The translations under genes and the position numbers were made by a program. Shown piece after piece: positions 8,381 through 10,543 of a stretch of 10,543 bases of DNA (the stretch's first letter is position 1; every line of letters starts with the position of its first letter). Source of the DNA: Tubiluchus corallicola. Its lineage: Eukaryota; Animalia; Priapulida. The stretch is from contig JAQGDQ010002185.1 of the NCBI GenBank assembly GCA_030141605.1, positions 1-10,543 of the forward strand, in the 5' to 3' direction. The notes beneath the pieces were generated by a model that saw nothing but the letters and a program-made list of their open reading frames with translations, had not been told where the DNA came from and did not search any database.

Positions 8381-9238
8381 GTTTAAATTAACCTGGTTGT
8401 CTAAGAAACATTCTAAATATGAAATCACAAAAGTTTTCACTCGCGTATTACAGAGGACGCCACCAGGTTAATGCGATTTTCACTGGTATATGCTAGATTT
8501 GAACCATTCTTATTCGCACAGCAAAAGAACTATTTTAAAAAGGGGGCAAAAACACAAAAGAAAAGAAATTAAATACAAACATATTTGGCTAGAATGTATG
8601 CGGTTAATATATGGATATATTTTTACACAAAATTCAAAAAGGAGATTTTTGCTAATTAATCAAAGGCTCTGTTATATTCACTTCTTATAATGTATATACA
8701 GCAAGATACAATTACTTATTAGCACCCAGCATGTGTCCAGCATAACAACCAAAAAAGAAACACTGTGTAGTTTGGGAGTTTTAACTAAAATGACTTGAAT
8801 AAGGAATTTATGGCTAGTGCAGATTCGGAGAAAAAACAAAAGTACATATAAGAAAAAATATGCCATGCAATGTTGTCAAACTGCTGCACAAAATTAATGT
8901 TGTATATTTGTATGTTCTCTACGCATTAAAAAGTGGGGACATGAAAATTTTTAAAAAGAGGACAAGCAGATTTTTCAGGTTTGTGTTTATTGAGAAACAC
9001 AGAGTGAATGAGATTCAGCATTTCAACTTGTAAATGACAAACTGAGAATAGCAAAAATAAAATTATTAACTTATACATACTGTACATATTTTGTAAAAAT
9101 TTTGAAGTACTGCTTTTTAACATTAATCTAGTTACACAAGTACATGAAGCTAATGAAGCCTGAATGGCGTTTTTGGTGAGCACTCTTTTTTGGCACCTCT
9201 TTCAGTGAAGCACATTAGTTCATGGTATCTCAAGTATG

Positions 9239-9389
9239 AACTGTCCAGAGTCAATCTCTCGTAGTTGTATAATGACTACTGGTGTGACGCCTTTCCACAG
9301 TTTTGCTATGTGCTCATGCAGTTGCTGTAGGTCAAAGGTTAAGTGAACCCCAGCAGCGTGACTTAACTACAACTGCCACTGAGCACATC
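9239..9389 (-). ncRNA. Candidate box H/ACA snoRNA/scaRNA, family unassigned
   Basis: 5' hairpin (GTGCTCA/TGAGCAC plus GCAGTTG/CAACTGC), H box ATAGCA (9309-9304), 3' hairpin with an internal pocket (lower stem GTCA/TGAC, upper stem GTAGT/ACTAC), then ACA plus 3 nt (9244-9239). Sense to RPS12 and presumably intronic. Confidence 0.45.
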
Positions 9390-9659
9390 AGTAAAGCAAA
9401 GCCGTCTGCCGCATTAGTTCAGTAGCTTCAGTTGTGCCGCCTTTTCTTTGTTATTTTACATGGACTTTACTTAATTATGCATTAGTCTATGCGACATACA
9501 GTAATTTACTGGCAGGATCTTGCTTGGAACAAGAAAAAATAAACTACATAAGGTCCTAACTAGCTGTAAAAACTGTTACTATTGCAAGCCGTTGTCAAGT
9601 GTACACAAATGTGTTGACTGGTTCACTTAACATTCGACCTTTTCACGATCATCATCAAT

Positions 9660-10247
9660 CGCTAGAACTGTGAAAAGGAGTATTTGACAAAAAATCAAAA
9701 ACAATCATCGCTGAAAGTTCCATATTTCGAGAACCGATTATAAAATATGAAATTGATTAAATGTTTCACCAACAGAAATCTAAAAAAAATCCTTTTCAAA
9801 GACCTTTTACAACAGTTTACATGTTCAATGAACCGAAGAAAATTACGCAGTTGTCTTTTTGAAAACAATTCTGCAGACCATGATCACAAACACACTTTGC
9901 CGAATTTGTAAGTGCGCGGCAGACAGGCTTCACAGCATGGCACCTCTACAAGCTAGAAAAATTTATAATTATCTCGGAAAAGCAGAGTCAGACATTTGGA
10001 AGAATTCTGTTTTTATAGCATTGAAGGCTCACTAGGCAAAACATGTGGTATGTGCAACATTAGCAAAAAAGAATATAATAATAATGGTAAGCGTGGTGAT
10101 GTAGTCATAAGACTCTGTTAGCATTACGCCATTCTAACTCACATTCGAAGCCATTCGATTATACAAATGTATTGAAAAATCGATTCTCGAATTGATAAGT
10201 AATGATCGAATTAATTGATTTACAGAAAAATAGATTTTCCACCACTA
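9660..10247. mobile_element. Degraded hAT-like MITE; left boundary uncertain
   Basis: Right end reads TAGTGGTGGAAAA on the minus strand (ending at 10247) with TCGA-rich subterminal motifs. 9726-9739 (TTCGAGAACCGATT) is a 13/14 inverted match to 10178-10191. Confidence 0.35.
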
Positions 10248-10543
10248 AAAATATGCAAAAAAAACACATTACTGTCATTAGTGTATAAAGTAAATGAAGC
10301 ACTTCCTGCATTTTGACAGTTCAAGTGTGTTTTTTCGGTGAAACAAATGCACTTTAAAAAGTTTAATACATGGTATCTGAACTACGGACTTCCTCTATAA
10401 TGTGATACTCAGAGAAGAGTTAAATTGAAATTAAAGTTATGATTATGCTAAAAACAGGGCGCACATATCAAACATGAAAAAAGAATAGAATTGCCTTTAA
10501 AGACAGGAAACCAATTTAAAAATACTTATTTTAACCGATCTGA

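Noticed and set aside
1706-9183. Short ORFs in the track other than the exon-containing 6862..7062 (e.g. 1706, 2654, 2915, 3156, 3248, 3987, 4012, 5395, 5579, 6593, 7996, 8490, 8678, 8926)
   Set aside because: No recognisable domains, AT-rich or microsatellite-derived composition, and many start at non-ATG codons. ORFs 5725..5943 and 7588..7785 are antisense shadows of RPS12 exons.
9220-9237. ATACTT-GAGATACCATGA resembles the U1 snRNA 5' region
   Set aside because: Lacks the ACCTGGCAGGG segment and the rest of U1; likely chance.
9239-9700. H/ACA candidate as the 3' domain of telomerase RNA
   Set aside because: No CTAACCCT-type template is found upstream on the minus strand within the window.

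Overview
Eukaryotic, AT-rich animal genomic DNA, probably a lophotrochozoan invertebrate (inferred). Two intron-containing genes lie head-to-tail on the minus strand. (1) RPS12 (40S ribosomal protein eS12): four coding exons join(7755..7612, 7018..6916, 5895..5794, 3605..3543), all with GT-AG boundaries and consistent phases; I did not find the short ATG exon in the window. (2) The first two coding exons of a polypeptide N-acetylgalactosaminyltransferase (GALNT family; 1192..855, 182..16), with a CpG-rich ETS/NRF1/YY1-like promoter near 1330-1420. The last RPS12 intron holds two paralogous SNORD100-like C/D snoRNAs. Between them are strong unused splice sites that could form a stop-containing (poison) exon next to a UG/GGGU repeat. 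The upstream intron holds an unassigned H/ACA-like RNA candidate. The rest is transposon debris: a MetaSINE-like fragment, hAT-like MITE ends, a possible Helentron-type element with a 112-bp tandem duplication, and microsatellites. Most ORFs in the supplied track are spurious. No certain new system is demonstrated; the best leads are the two-snoRNA intron with a candidate poison exon and the orphan H/ACA candidate.
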